Positions 24,809-37,404 are shown, counted from the first letter of the stretch. The stretch: DNA of 64,000 bases from Camelus ferus (GCF_009834535.1 NC_045696.1:114392001-114456000), one strand, 5' to 3'. Numbers and translations: made by a program. Notes: a model not told the origin generated them from the sequence alone.

Positions 24809-25840
24809 TTATAATAGTAAGAAGTCTCTGTGCATAAGATTACTTAAAAACTGTACTTGGAAGTCCTTGAACTTCAGAACAAATGCAAGACTATGAACTT
24901 TTCTTGATAAACATAACCAAATATTGCTAAGATTTCTTTTTAATAGGAAGCTTTGGGAAATGAGGGTAGAACTATACTTAGCTAAATATTTGTGAAATTA
25001 GCTTTGTCTAATTAAACCAGGCTTGTTGGGGAAAAAAATCAAGTATAAAAGAAACTTTATTTTTGTGACCTTCGCAGGAGAGTCTTTTTGTTGATGGATC
25101 TCTTAAATGATGGGAAGGAGTTTAAATGTTTTCTTGTACTAAACTTATTTATGATGGCAGCTATAATGAGAAGGAGGAAATAGCCAGAACCATGACTTTT
25201 CTGGCTCTTCACAGTGTTTAATCTTAGAGTCTTCTCTGGAGGTAAAGGAACTAAATTGGATGTTTAAGATCAAAGAGGGTCCCCTCCTTTAAATGATTAC
25301 ATGAAGCTTTCTTCTAGGAACAGTGAGTGAGGCTAGCAAATTTGCTTCTAAATGTGAAATGATGGGTGTTAATAAAATTTGCAAAAAAAAGTGATTAATT
25401 TAAGAAGTAGTTTTCTTTTATTTAAGAAATATAAAGACTTTGATAAATCTGGAACTCAAGAGGTTAGAAGGTATCCAAAGTTTTCCTCATAAATGAAGAT
25501 AATGAGGGATTTGGGTACATGTTAAGTAGCTGAGATTTTCACTCATCTATAATTATAAATAAAAATGAATATCTACATTTAAAATTAGAAACACTTAAAA
25601 GTGCTTATTATTAAATGCCAGAAAGTTAGATATTGCTGATTCCTGATGAGACAATGGTAAATTAGGTATTGAATCTATCTTCATGGAGAAGCTGAACAAG
25701 TAAACCAAACAAACAAGTAAACAAACAAGCTTTGACACCATGAGAAAAGGGCAATGACAGAGAAATTCGAAGCACTATGGGACTGAACAGCAGGAGAATT
25801 AATTCTGCTTGTGTTGATCCAGAGGGTTTTAAGAGGAGGA

Positions 25841-26351
25841 ATATCAGTTTGCTATCATCACAACTGACACTCCACAAGAAACTACCCAAAACTCAGTGAC
25901 TTAAACCACCACAATTTATTATTGTTCATAAATGTAAGGGTTGGCTGGCTGGTTCTGGTGATATTGACCCAGCTCGTTCACGTGTCTGCCACAGGTGAGG
26001 GTCAGGTAGGCAGCCTGGTTGATCTTGGCTGAGAATTCTCACATACCTGATGGTCAGGTACCTGTCGGCTATTCTAGGATGGTCTCGACTCTGCCTCATT
26101 TCTGTCTCATGCCTCCATCAGGCTGCCTAGACGTGGTCTGGTGGTGGAGGCAGAGGTGTAAAAACAAGCAGGAGAATGGGTGCCAGGGTGGAGATGCTCT
26201 TCATGTCTGTTTCCACCATGTTTGTTAACAGTCCACTGGGCAAGGAAAATCCCCTGCATGATTCTGGAACCAAGTTCAGCATGAGTTGAACACACTGTCC
26301 ACCGAGGGAAGGGTGAAGATTCAGGGCCATCAACACCCTCTGTCTACCACA
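25841..26351 (-). mobile_element. Old MaLR LTR (MLT1H/I/J-like)
   Basis: aaactacccaaaactcagtgacttaaaccaccacaatttattattgttcat...tttgttaacagtccactgggcaag...tctaccaca. Confidence 0.78.
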
Positions 26352-26751
26352 GGAGGTAATAAAGGAGCTGAGAATTTGAAAGGTGAACAGGAATCAGGTG
26401 AACATTCCAAGGAGAGACACAGAGCATGTGATGACAATAAATCCTGAAAGAATATTTCTAACCTAGGGAACTCCGAGGAAATTGATATAATTGGAGGCAG
26501 TGATGCCTGTGCAGAATGGTATTTTAGATGTACCGAGTTCTTGACCCTCTCAAATCTTCTCTCACAGTGCCTCTTCAGAGTACTCTCCTTGGAGGACCCT
26601 TACTAACTCTTGGTCATTCTTTAGATCTTAGTTCAAGTATCATTTTCAAAGACTGACAAACCCTGACCACTCTGCAATTTGCCTTATATCGGCACACCTC
26701 CTCACTATCATGATTTTTTAGTCCATAGAATCTTGTCTTTAATTTAATGCT

Positions 26752-27249
26752 TCTTGGGCTGCACCCCACAGGTCTGAAGGTCCTGCACTTGCCCAGCCTC
26801 AAGACCAAAGAAAGAGCCCAGAGTCAGAGACTAGTGGTTTAATGGATGAGTGGGGGGTCTTACATGTCTGAAGCAAGTGCGACAGCCCACTGTGTGCTGC
26901 ACACGGCAGGCAGGATATGGCAGCAGTCTTCATTCCTGGGTAGAGAGGGAAGTTACCAGTTATAAGGGGGATTGATGTCAGGTTGGCTAATTGGTTACCA
27001 GGGAAACCAGCAGAGAGGCACACCTCTCACCATCCCTTGATAAACTATCATGGTAGAGATGTTCTGATCTAAAGAATTAGAGTAATCACTAGGTGGGGCC
27101 AGGGGCAAGTAAGTAGGCATCTGCCAATTAGGCTTTATGATTAAGAGGGTAGGTCGGTCACGTGAGTAGGTGTAGGTGAAGCAGGGACTGGTTGAACAGA
27201 GGCTGTACAGAAAGCAAGAGAACAGCCATCTTGGGGGCCTGATCATACA
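26752..27249 (-). mobile_element. LTR-retrotransposon solo LTR inserted into an L2
   Basis: Reverse complement begins TGTATGATCAGGCCCCCAAGATGGCTG; ATTAAA and TATA-like signals on the minus strand; 5-bp TSD atgct (26747-26751) / gtgct (27250-27254). Confidence 0.75.
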
Positions 27250-27720
27250 GTGCTTTTATCACAATTTTTAATGATATAAATGTAGCCATCTCTTTGTTTA
27301 ATATCTTTCTTCTCCACCAGCTCAGGAGCTCCACCATGGCATATGTTTATTATTATATGTTCAGGGTTTGCCAAATAGAAGGTATTCAATAATGAATGTG
27401 AGATATGAATTAAAGAATGTAAGCAGAAGATGAGCGAGAGTCAATCACAAGTGACCTTTGGTGCTGAGAAGAGGTATTTGAACTTTGTCCTGGAAGCTAA
27501 GTGAGGGGAAGTCTTTGGAAGATTCTCGACAGAGGCGAACATGATAATTCTGAACTTTAAAGAGACTACAATATTGAGAGAATGGTTAGTAAAAGGCCCA
27601 ACTGTAGGCAGAGGGACCCATTAGGAGGATATTCCAAACTCGAGGTGAGAAGTGAAAATTTAGGATGAAGGATGTTGGAATAGAAGGAGATTACGTTGAT
27701 TGAGAGAAGATGGAATCGAT
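27250..27720. mobile_element. L2 fragments (plus 3' end, then minus)
   Basis: atagaaggtattcaataatgaatg; ttgaactttgtcctggaagctaagtgaggggaagtctttggaagattct...ccattaggagg. Confidence 0.6.
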
Positions 27721-28337
27721 AGGACATGTGTTCCTGTTTTTGTTGGGCTGGTATTCTAGATTTCTCACTTTCCTTTCAGAAATCATCACAGAGCAACACG
27801 GAGAAGAAGCATAAACATGCCAATACACGTTTGATGAAATTAAAGCCTTGATAACCCCAAAGCACAATATATGAACAAGGGCTGCCAAATGGTATGAAAT
27901 TAAAGGGGGAAAAGCTGTCAGAATGTGCTAGAGAGGATGGCTGTGGCTCTTAACCTAGGCAACATTGGCATGTATCTGTTCCTCTAAGTAGTGGCATATC
28001 TGATGTTCAAAGCCAATAATCCTCTGTTACACGTTATAAGTACATGGGAAGATTAACCTAGGACCTTCCCTGGATTCAGTTTCACTTGAGTCACAAGAAG
28101 CAGGAAGCTAGGTTTAGGAGGCGATGCAAATACACAAGTCATCTTTGCAGCAAACCATTGGAGAGACTGCTAGGAGGGGAGAGAGCCTAACCTGTGATCC
28201 ACTCTGCAAGTGTTCATCTCTCCCAGCGGCAAGAAATAAATATTGAAGCACTCACACCCAAATCTTGGTCGTAAGAAAAATTATTGCTAAGATGGAATAT
28301 TGACCTTAGTTCTTCTCTGACAAGAACCTCCATCCAG

Positions 28338-28457
28338 AGGGGAGGGTATAGCTCAGTGCTAGATTGCATGCTTAGCATGCACGAGGTCATGGGTTCAATC
28401 CCCAGTACCTCCATTAAAAATAATAATAAAAATAAAAAAAAATTGTTGAAAAAAAAA
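28338..28457 (+). mobile_element. tRNA-derived SINE (Vic-1 type)
   Basis: ggggagggtatagctcagtgctagattgcatgcttagcatgcacgaggtcatgggttcaatccccagtacctcca plus A tail; TSD aagaacctccatccag (28322-28337) / aagaacttccatccag (28458-28473). Confidence 0.95.
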
Positions 28458-28874
28458 AAGAACTTCCATCCAGTGGTCCAGGAGGAATTCACTTCATCAA
28501 AGACAAATAATAGTAAAAAGGATTCGTGTAGAGGGTATGCAATGATGCTACAAGACAAACAGAGGAAATATAAATGAAAGAGTAAGAAACTTACCAGACA
28601 ATTGTTTCCCTAGAGTAGAGAAAATTTGTGACTAAATATATCACTATGAATTAAAAATGATAGTGAAGCAATCACCTATATGAAACCACGGACCAGAGTA
28701 GAGGTGTAAGAAGTCAGGCCCCAAATAAAGAGGGAAAAGACCTTCCCTTGCATGGACCTCCTCTTCCCTTGTCATTGCTAAGCCATGATTATTTGTTCAG
28801 CTTTATTTTCAATCCCATCTGCACCTCAAGCCAAGTCTGATTCCTATAGACCAAGAGTCAATTTGGCCACAGAA

Positions 28875-28989
28875 CCAGCTTCTGATTCAGCAGGTCTGGA
28901 GTGGGAGCCTAGAATTTGCATTTCTAAAGTGTTTCCAAGGATTGAATTCTGAGGCTCCTGGTCCAGGGATCACCCTTTGAGAACCACCG
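28875..28989. mobile_element. MER5A-like hAT-Charlie fragment
   Basis: ttctgattcagcaggtctggagtgggagcctagaatttgcatttctaa...ctggtccagggatcaccctttgagaaccac. Confidence 0.8.
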
Positions 28990-30551
28990 GGTTAGCTTTT
29001 CTTTCTGTTTACTTCATTTCTTTCTATTTTATATAAATACTCATTTTACCCAAGCTTGGTCAGTAGCCTTCAAACCCTGGCACCAAGCCTCCTCTGGCCG
29101 GTAGCCCAGTGGATCTTTCTGAGACTCACATATGTGGGATGGAAGGGCAGGAATCAATGTGGACTCATTCTGTAGGGTTGGTTGTAATTCTCTGGTTTCT
29201 GAGCCATTTACAGGAGAATCTAACAGTTGAGGCAGATCAAGGTTTCTTTTCCTTTAATTCATGAAAGGGTGAGGAATTATTCCAGTTAGATGGTATTTGC
29301 TTTATTTAAAAAAAAATATGGTCCCAGTTCTGAAATCAGTTAAGATGTATTTCTTAGAATAGTAGGTCTACACCTTTAGGCAATGAAGTTGTGTTGCTAT
29401 GCTAATTTTAAATGGATAGAACTCAGGTGAACTTTTTCTGATTCCTAGAAGGAAAGGTATACTTAGGGGGAAAAAGTATAGTTTTATACTCTTTATTGTT
29501 GCTAGATTTATCTTTTTAATTTTTTGTTCAGTGTGTTTCCCATGTAGCAATTGAAGTGAAAATGAGTGTCGCAGAGAAAGATCGAAGGAAAGTAATGGAG
29601 GAAACAGGATTAGCAGAGGGGGAAGGATGAAAGACAAGTGATGGGAGACTTGGGTGCAAAGGAGAGGAGAAGAGAACAGCTGGTGGGAAAAGCAGACGGA
29701 AGAAGCCAGAGAGGCAATGGACCACAAACGAAGCCGTCAGCTCTTTGTGGGAACTGAAGCTTGCTGACGCAGTCTGCTTCTCTTCGTCACTGCCACTGCT
29801 TCTGGCCGAGATCAGGCACTTTAAGGCAGACAGTCAGCCTGGAGGACCAGACTAATGTAGAGGAGGGAGCCTGATGATGCCAGGACGGACCAGGAAGTAA
29901 AGGAGCAAGTGGAAACACACAAGTCAAGGGGACCCAGTAGTGGTAGAAATTAGCATCCATTTACCTGGTAGATTTCTACTGTTCACTGAACTATGGGCTA
30001 CCGCTGACTTCTCATTGCTTCCCTCTGCCCTGCTCCAGGTGTCATTCAAATTGGTGCTGCAGGTGTACCAGAAGCCTCCCCAGGAACTCTGTCAGTCACA
30101 CCAGGCAGCTCGACCCTGACTTTAATAACTTCAGGGGATCCTCCTGGCAAAGTTTAACCCCCATATAGACAGGAAGTGGGGTCTATCCACTGTGCTGTGA
30201 TTTAAGGGTCAGAAAGACTCCCCTGCCCAGATGTTAAACTGATTGCCTGCCATGATACCTTAAGTCTATCCAATGAATTAAGACTTTGTATTTCCAGAAA
30301 GGTACATGTAAACTTCAAATGCATTATTCTACAGAGAATAATAAATTTATCCAATAGTAGCCATAAATACCTGTGGGTGAGTGAATAAATGTATTTATTG
30401 AAACTCTACTATTTGCTAGACAAAACTAAATAGCTATGTTGTCCTAGGCACCACATTTGGCAGATGCAATAAAATTTAAAAATGCAATAAATAAATCTCC
30501 ACAACCACTTTGTGGAGTTTAGAGGTGAGTGAAGAGAGTGTCCCTTCAGCA

Positions 30552-32030
30552 TTTTTATTCATTCAACATACATCGACTGCTTATTCCGGCATGGTGCCAA
30601 GCCCTGGAGAATACAGTTGTGGACAAGATGTTTCCTCTCCTGCCTCCTTGGAGTTGAGAGCTAGTGAGGGAAAGTGAATTTTAACGTTGATAATTACTGT
30701 GGATGTTAAGTGCACTTATGAGGGAAGTGGAGGATGGCAAGGGGTCACAGACAAGGGCAGCAAACATAGACTCAGGGGCTAAGGGAAGACCTCCTTGGGG
30801 AGGGATCATCCAAGTAAGAGTAAGGCAGGAAGGGGAGCAGTGGGAAGAGTGAGCCCGGGTGTGGAAAAAAACACACGGAAGGCCCTGGAGAGGTAGAGAT
30901 GCTGTAGGGCAGCTGAAAATGTTTCGTTATAATGAAGCATAGGGAATGAGGAAAGAGCGATGTATCTGGTATCAGAGGACCTGCACGTAGGAGAGCTGGA
31001 GTATCAGCTCAGTGTCTCAGGCTCAAGAACCCTGCTTTTACCATTCTCCATGTTCTTTGTACTTCACCAACTTACTGTGGGAATAGATAGCAGGGATCAG
31101 ACGAATGGGGGGAGAAAGGAACTTGGGGATGAAGGCTGTGGAAGAAAGGACTAGAGCAAAAGCCTGAGGTACCCAGGTAGGACTGGCATAGGTGGGGTAA
31201 ACTTTGCATCCAGTGGACTTTGATGGTGGTGGTGGTTTTAAGAAGGATGAAAACAGAGGTGAGGAAAGGAAAGAGTGGTGGGACCCAAAAGAGAAATGTC
31301 AAATTTTCCAAGTGCTATGGAGATCATGATACAAGGGATACTGTAGCCCCCGGAAATGCTGTTTTCTTTAGAATCAGATGGTAGCTGGAGCCTTCTGCTT
31401 TTGGCTATCTCATTCCAACACACTCATACACAGAGACGAGTAAGAGATTAGCAGGCAGCTGGTCTAATCTCTAAACCAACAGTGTGTAGTTCCCGGCATG
31501 AGAAAAGCATGGCATGTTTAGGTAACTGAAGGAAGGCCAGTATTTGGAAAGCAGTGGAAGGCAGACACGGCAGCATTATGGAACCAGGGTAAGAAAGAGG
31601 GGTGGGCTCATGTTGAGCTTGTTAGATAAAATTAGATTGAAATTTCCCAAAGGCAGCACTAAGAAGTCACAGAAAGGCATTAAGCAGAGAAAGGCTATTA
31701 TGAGATCTTTATTTAGGATGACTGTGGATATTGTGGGAAGATAGATTGAAGAAAAGGAAGAGTGGAAGGGGGAAGACAAGATGGGAGATTATTAGGGTGA
31801 TCTGGGCAAGGAATGATGATAGCTTGAACTAGGGGGTTAGGAGCATGAATGGAGCCTTGAGGACAGACTGGGGGAGATATCCAAGAGGAGGTATTTGCTG
31901 GTCTTGGTGATGGTTTGGATATGTTGGTAGGTTGGTGAGGAGGAAGAGACAAATGTTAAAGACAGCTGTCAGGTGTTCTGTCTTTTATAGTTGAATACAT
32001 CTCACTGCCATCACCAAGGTTAAGAACAGT
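30552..32030 (-). mobile_element. L2 fragments (3' end plus upstream segments; ~31000-31490 not assigned)
   Basis: ttattcattcaacatacatcgactgcttatt...; gcatggcatgtttaggtaactgaaggaaggccag...gggagattattagggtgatctgggcaaggaatgatgatagcttgaactaggg. Confidence 0.75.
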
Positions 32031-32579
32031 GCTTTGGGGTTTGGATTTGTGGCAATTAGAGAAGTATTCCTGATGAGCAAGATTCATTGCTGAAAAACTG
32101 GATGTGTTCAAAGTTTCTTCTTCCTATCTAGGATCTGACTTCTTACAGTTTTTCTCTTTTTAATCCTGGTTCTGAGCTCTGAGCTATGCACAAGTCTGCC
32201 TTGAGCCTCTGCTCTTGAAACTCAATCCTAATGTCTCTTCTCACTGCAAATACCTGCTTGCTTTGTGGGGGGACTTACTGAATCTTGAGCAAAGGTTTCC
32301 CTTTGATTAATTTTATGCAACATTACCTGTTGGGTTTCTAGTTTATAGCACTGGGTTTGGCACTGTGGCTTTTCTAGGAATGCTAATGTGTAGTCCTGGG
32401 TTTCAGAGGAATTTTTTACATTACTCTCGATCCAAGAGATGGCTCCAGGAAAACTAACAGCAACAAGGTGCGGGATGGTTCTCAAGGACGGGGCGAAGAG
32501 GCAGGAAAGGAGGAGGATAGGGAGGGGGAGGGAGGGAGGAGGAAGGGGCCGGCGATCCAGAGGCAGGAGGGAGGAGGGA

Positions 32580-32770
32580 TTTCTTTCTTTCTTTCTTTCT
32601 TTCTTTTTCTTCCTTCCTTCCTTCCTTTTCTTTTTTCTCTTTCTTTCTCCCTCTCTTTTCTTCCTTCCTTCCTTTCTTCCGTTCTTTTCTTCTTTTCTTT
32701 TTTTCTTTTCTTTTCTTTTTCCTTCCTTCCTTCCTTCATTCTTTCCTTCCTTCCTTCTTTCCTTTCTTTT
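32580..32770. repeat. Polypyrimidine (TTTC/TTCC)n low-complexity tract
   Basis: Visible directly in the sequence. Confidence 0.95.
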
Positions 32771-33104
32771 ATTCATGGCATTTCTGTGCATGAGTTAAGA
32801 AAAGGAGACATGGAAGTCCTTGTGGAAATCCTATCTTTTCTTTGTACATGGAGGACACAGGCATCTTTCATGATTAAAATTGGAGACTTGGAGAGAAAAG
32901 ACATTTACAACAGGAACTATATGGCATGTGCTAGGAAATCAACAGGCAATTTAAAAAACTATCATGAAGACTAGCTTTCCCAATCAAAATTCACCTCTGG
33001 AGGTGAACTTTTTCAATTGTCTAGGATAAATCCTAGAGATGAGGGCAAGCAAGGGCAAGCAGAGAGGACCAATATTAGGATATGGCTTTGTTTTACTCCC
33101 AGCA

Positions 33105-33196
33105 CCTCCTGATACACGTTAGAAGAAAATGAATAATGAAAGTATGGATAAATGGATGAATAAATGGTGGATGGATGAATGAATGAATGAATGAAC
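33105..33196 (+). mobile_element. L2 3' tail (TGAA/TGGA repeats)
   Basis: aatgaataatg...gatgaatgaatgaatgaatgaac. Confidence 0.55.
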
Positions 33197-34558
33197 TGAG
33201 ATAGTTCACACTAGGCAAGGACTCACATATGGGACCAGTAAAGTCTGAGGTATGGAAGGCTGAGTTCCCAAAGGTTGACAAGATTACCCACGGGGACCAT
33301 TGAGAATTTGTTAATGAAGAAAGCTATGAACATCTAAATGGAGGCTACTTTCTCTAACTGAATCCCCTGTTTTAGGGGAGACCAGGGGAAAGTAGCTGTA
33401 ATAAAATTCCCTGGACATTGACCTGGAAGATTTTGGCATTCCTGACAGCCTACTCCTTTCAAATGTCAATATAATTCAGACAACTGCTATTAATGAAGGT
33501 GAATAACTACACCTGATTATGTGGTTCATAGTAAATGTTATGGCTTTTAATGGAACAGTAAGTGGCACTTTTTGAATCAAATGGTCATTTCTGTGTTACT
33601 TTCAATCTTTGCAATTATTTTCTCCACTGGAATAAAGTTTCGGAGTTGGTAATAAAGGCCAAGACCTAGATTTTGACACTTTTCTTCACTTCTTCATTTT
33701 AAAAGAATATCATTTTTTTTTATTTATCCCTCTTCCCTCAGTGGCAAGAACAAGAGATGAATAAAGTCAGCCAGTGGACTCATAGAAAACCAGAGAATTA
33801 ACATTGACGTGTGACTGGCAATATGACATTTTAATTTTATTCAGGGTTTATTCAAGTTCTATTTCTTTAAAATAGAAAGAGCAAAACTTTAAGATGATGT
33901 CTCCCTGACTTGTGGCATTTCTCTGGTTTCCCTGATAACCCTACTTGCAGCAGTAAATGGGTCAGGTGCCGCTTCAGAACAATTTTTCAAATCATCCACG
34001 AGCTCTCTAAGTCAGCTAGAAAAATAAATAGAAAATGTCAAACTGAATTTGCTGTCTTAACACATGCAAAATACTGCTGACCAAGGATTAATGACTTCCT
34101 TTGTTTCTGGAAAAACTTCTAATCTCTTGAGAGAAAGGGAGAGTTGCTTTGCACACTCTAGGTCCCCAAAGCATGCTGGCTTAATGTGACTTACGCTCAT
34201 TTTTGTCAAGTGGTAATTTAAGTGCTTCTATTAATCTGAAGTTTTCCCATATGAAGTAGAGCATTAAAAATAGCATTGAAGTAGTTCTTTTTCATTTTTC
34301 CTCCCACAAATCTCTCATATATATATATACCAACAATCTATGTGAGATAGGCGTGGAAAATAATCAAGCTCATTAAAGAGATAGGACAAGCAAAACATAT
34401 TTTTATGTTATCTGAAAATTTATACCTACTTTCACATGTATCACCTTATGTTATCTTTGCAACAAAGCTGAGGAAAGTGAACATCAGATAAAAACCAAGG
34501 CAGATCAGATAAAAACTGAAGTGCAGGTTAAAGAAATGATTTGCTCACAGGCTCAGAT

Positions 34559-35154
34559 TGTTACCAAACTCAGGTTCCTCTGCTCACCACTCAAAAGGCA
34601 ATACTTGAGAGAAAAGTGTTGGCTGGGAAAGAAAGGTTGCTTTATTCAGGAAGCCAGCAACTTGGGGAGAAGGAGGACTAGCATCCAAACAACAGCTCCG
34701 AAAGATTCTGCTGGACCATGAAAGTTTGTAAAGGGAGAACCATTTGTAGGGAGGAAGGGATCAGAGTCTTTGTTATCTTGTACTGTGTGCAGACTTTCTT
34801 CTGATTGGTTGGTGGGGAGGTAACAGGGCGGTGGTCCAGGACTCTTGTGCTCAGTCACCACCCTTCATTTGGGTGGGGACCTTAGCTCCTGAAGAAGAAC
34901 TCAAAGGTACTGTCATACATTTTCCTTGAGGAGTAGCCAGCCCCCTTCCCCAGGACTGTACGATTATTTTTCACCTGTTCCTCCTTTGTTTCTGCATTCC
35001 CTCTCTCCCCTGATAAGCAACTGTTTGAGTCTGCCCTGTAGAAGTCAGTGAAGGTGAAGGAGGCTGAATGAAACCAATTTCCTACAAACAAGAAAGGGGG
35101 GACACTGAAAAGATCTGTACCTGGGAGGACACTACAGGGTCCTGTTCCATTTCA
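34559..35154 (-). mobile_element. ERV1 solo LTR inserted at a MIR
   Basis: TGTTACCAAACTCAGG...CATTTCA; tttatt (AATAAA on the minus strand) at 34641-34646; TSD agat/aggt; U5 is homologous to 22500-22617. Confidence 0.82.
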
Positions 35155-35214
35155 AGGTGACCTTCCCTGTTTCTGCTGGCTGCCCACAAGGTGACCTTCC
35201 CTGTTTTTGCGGAA

Positions 35215-35400
35215 AGCCTGCCTTGTGCCGGGCACTATGAAAAGTGTTTTACATACAGGAGCTTATTTTTACTTCCCCAAAAACTGATCACACTCGCTTT
35301 TTGTTACCACAAAAACTGGAGCGCTGTGAGGGTAAATACCTCACCTATGTCACACAAAGTATTGGAACTCAGAATTGCTGTCCTTGGTCCCAAACTCCAA
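35215..35400 (-). mobile_element. MIR SINE
   Basis: gcctgccttgtgccgggcactatgaaaagtgtttacatac...aaaactggagcgctgtgagggtaaatacctcacctatgtcacaca. Confidence 0.65.
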
Positions 35401-35749
35401 ATTGATATCAGCAATTTTTCGTTGCATCCTTGCCCTGGTTCCCATTGTTAGTACAGTTTGTGAATTAGCTGAGTTTGCTTTCTAGCCTTCCTATCACTCC
35501 ATCCGCTCTGGGTGTTGGTGGTAAATTCAGCAAGGACAACAGGGTGGGACCCTCTACTTTGGCAGGCTCAGTGAAAATCATCAGCTTGTGAGAAAACATT
35601 TATGAGCATTTGTCTTTAGTGACATAATCCCCAAAGCTGCCTGATCCCAGAGAGCTCATGGTATGTGTGTAGTCGTTTGTGGTCCTGAGCCGATGTCTCA
35701 GAGATCCAGCTTGGTAACTGCACCCCACAGTGAGAGACTTGCTATCACT

Positions 35750-35925
35750 TTAGAGTGGTAACAGAATTCTCTGTGATGATGGCTATGTTCTATGTCTGCA
35801 CTGTTCCACAGGTAGTCTCTTGCCACATGTGGCTATTAACAGAGGAGCTGATTTTCAATTTAAATAATGAAAATTTGCATTGAATAGTCATATGTGCCTG
35901 GTTGATATAATGTGGGACGGTGCCG
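35750..35925. mobile_element. MER3-like hAT-Charlie MITE
   Basis: agaattctctgtgatgatggctatgttctatgtctgcactgttcca...ggtagtctcttgccacatgtggctatt...aatagtcatatgtgcctgg. Confidence 0.78.
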
Positions 35926-35926
35926 C

Positions 35927-36453
35927 TGTTAGCGGATGCAAAACTTCTCCACAGAATGGGGATCCCCCAAAAGATGGGTTCTTGCCTGCCAGCTGGAAAG
36001 AAGTCACAGCTGAGGCAGAAGGGCAGAGCAGAGCAGGGTAAAAGCTGGTTTATTTACCCAAGGGGAAGGAAAAATGCTGCTCCAGCTGTGGAGCTGTAAG
36101 CTCAAGTGGCTTGATGTAAGAACTTCTACCCCTAGGGTCCTGGCTGGGTCCCTTTATCTGTTCTTTGAGGCTTCTTGTCTTCTTCTCACTGGCTGTCCTT
36201 TCTGTGCTCATTCCTCTACTCATTCTTCTCTGGGGTAGAGTGATCACTTTGCAGAAACAAGATTAAGCAGGCAAGACCCTCAAGCAATATGGTCAAACAA
36301 GATTAAGCAGGCAGGACATGCTGTTCCCTTAGGATAACTTTTTCCATCACTCAAGCAAAAGTATCTCCTCAAGCATAGGTTAAATTGAAGCTTTTAAAGG
36401 ATTCTCTAGACAATGAGTCCGAGTTTTGATTCCCTAGTTCCCTGCCTCCTTCA
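35927..36453 (-). mobile_element. ERV1-class solo LTR
   Basis: TGTTAG...CCTTCA termini; tttatt polyA signal on the minus strand at ~36049; TSD ccgc/ctgc; internal direct repeat aaacaagattaagcaggca x2. Confidence 0.75.
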
Positions 36454-36784
36454 CTGCTTCACTGCTTCAGAGGAAATGACCCTGAGAAAGGTGTTTATAC
36501 CGAATAATCAGAGTAGCCTCCTGAGAAAGATATATCTCTTCTCCTGATTCTTTGAAACATGGTGGACCAGAGTAGGACATCTTATTCTCATCTCTGGATG
36601 AAGAACCAGAATTCTTCACAGTTGTAGCATTTCACTGAACTTCAGAAGGAGGAAGTGAGGGAGACCCCATTCCTTATAGAGGCAATAAAGTTTAGGAGAA
36701 TAATAATGTGTAAACATTCTTTGAAGGTAGAGACCTTGTCTTAGTCTCCATCGTGTCTTCTGTGAATATTCATGTGTCAAACAA

Positions 36785-36950
36785 TAACTATTATTAATGA
36801 AATAACTAGTGCTTATTGGGTGTTTATTATGTGCCAAGTATTGTTCTAGGTTGTTACATGTAACAACTTATTTAATTCCTACAACCACCCTAGAAGTAGG
36901 TACACTAGTTGTCTTTATTTCATACCATAAGCTCCCAGACTATTAAATAA
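36785..36950 (-). mobile_element. MIR SINE
   Basis: aataactagtgcttattgggtgtttattatgtgccaagtattgttctagg...cttatttaattcctacaaccaccctagaagtagg. Confidence 0.78.
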
Positions 36951-37055
36951 TTTTTTTTTTTTTTAACTTTCTCTCCTCCTCTTTGGTACTAGCATGTAAG
37001 CATCTGCAGTCAATGTTTGTCAAGTGCCTAATAAATTCTCATTTCTGGCGTAAGT

Positions 37056-37136
37056 CAGGGCCATTATATTGCACAACTCCAGGGGGCGCCATTCACATGC
37101 TAATCTATGTGACTGGTGCCCCTTGGAATAGTGCAG
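37056..37136. mobile_element. MER91-like palindromic hAT-Tip100 MITE carrying a CTCF-like motif
   Basis: cagggccattatattgcacaactccagggggcgccattcacat...atgtgactggtgccccttggaatagtgca; 29-bp inverted arms, 24/29 identical. Confidence 0.85.
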
Positions 37137-37404
37137 AGGATAGACTGGGCTGTCCAAAAAGCTTACCTAAAGACAGTTTCCTCCCTCTTTGCAGTTTCTA
37201 CACACTATGGTCAAATTGGAGCACACCCAAATGGAGGGTATCACGCCCTGTAAGGCTCATTGGAAGAAACTACTTTCTGAGAAATAAAGTTTCCCATAAT
37301 TGAATGCGCTATTTGAGACATGATCCCCCATCACTGGAGATATTTATGATAACATTTAGGCCACACTTTAACACCGTCATTCTCTGACATCGCAGTCCTG
37401 ACAC

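Noticed and set aside
28338..28412. tRNA-like sequence with A and B boxes (also at 10153, 12154, 58055, 61790)
   Set aside because: These are SINE heads followed by A-rich tails, several with TSDs, not tRNA genes
32228..32974. Long ORFs (187, 168, 119 aa) rich in K/R/E or F/S/L
   Set aside because: Artefacts of the stop-free (TTTC/TTCC)n tract
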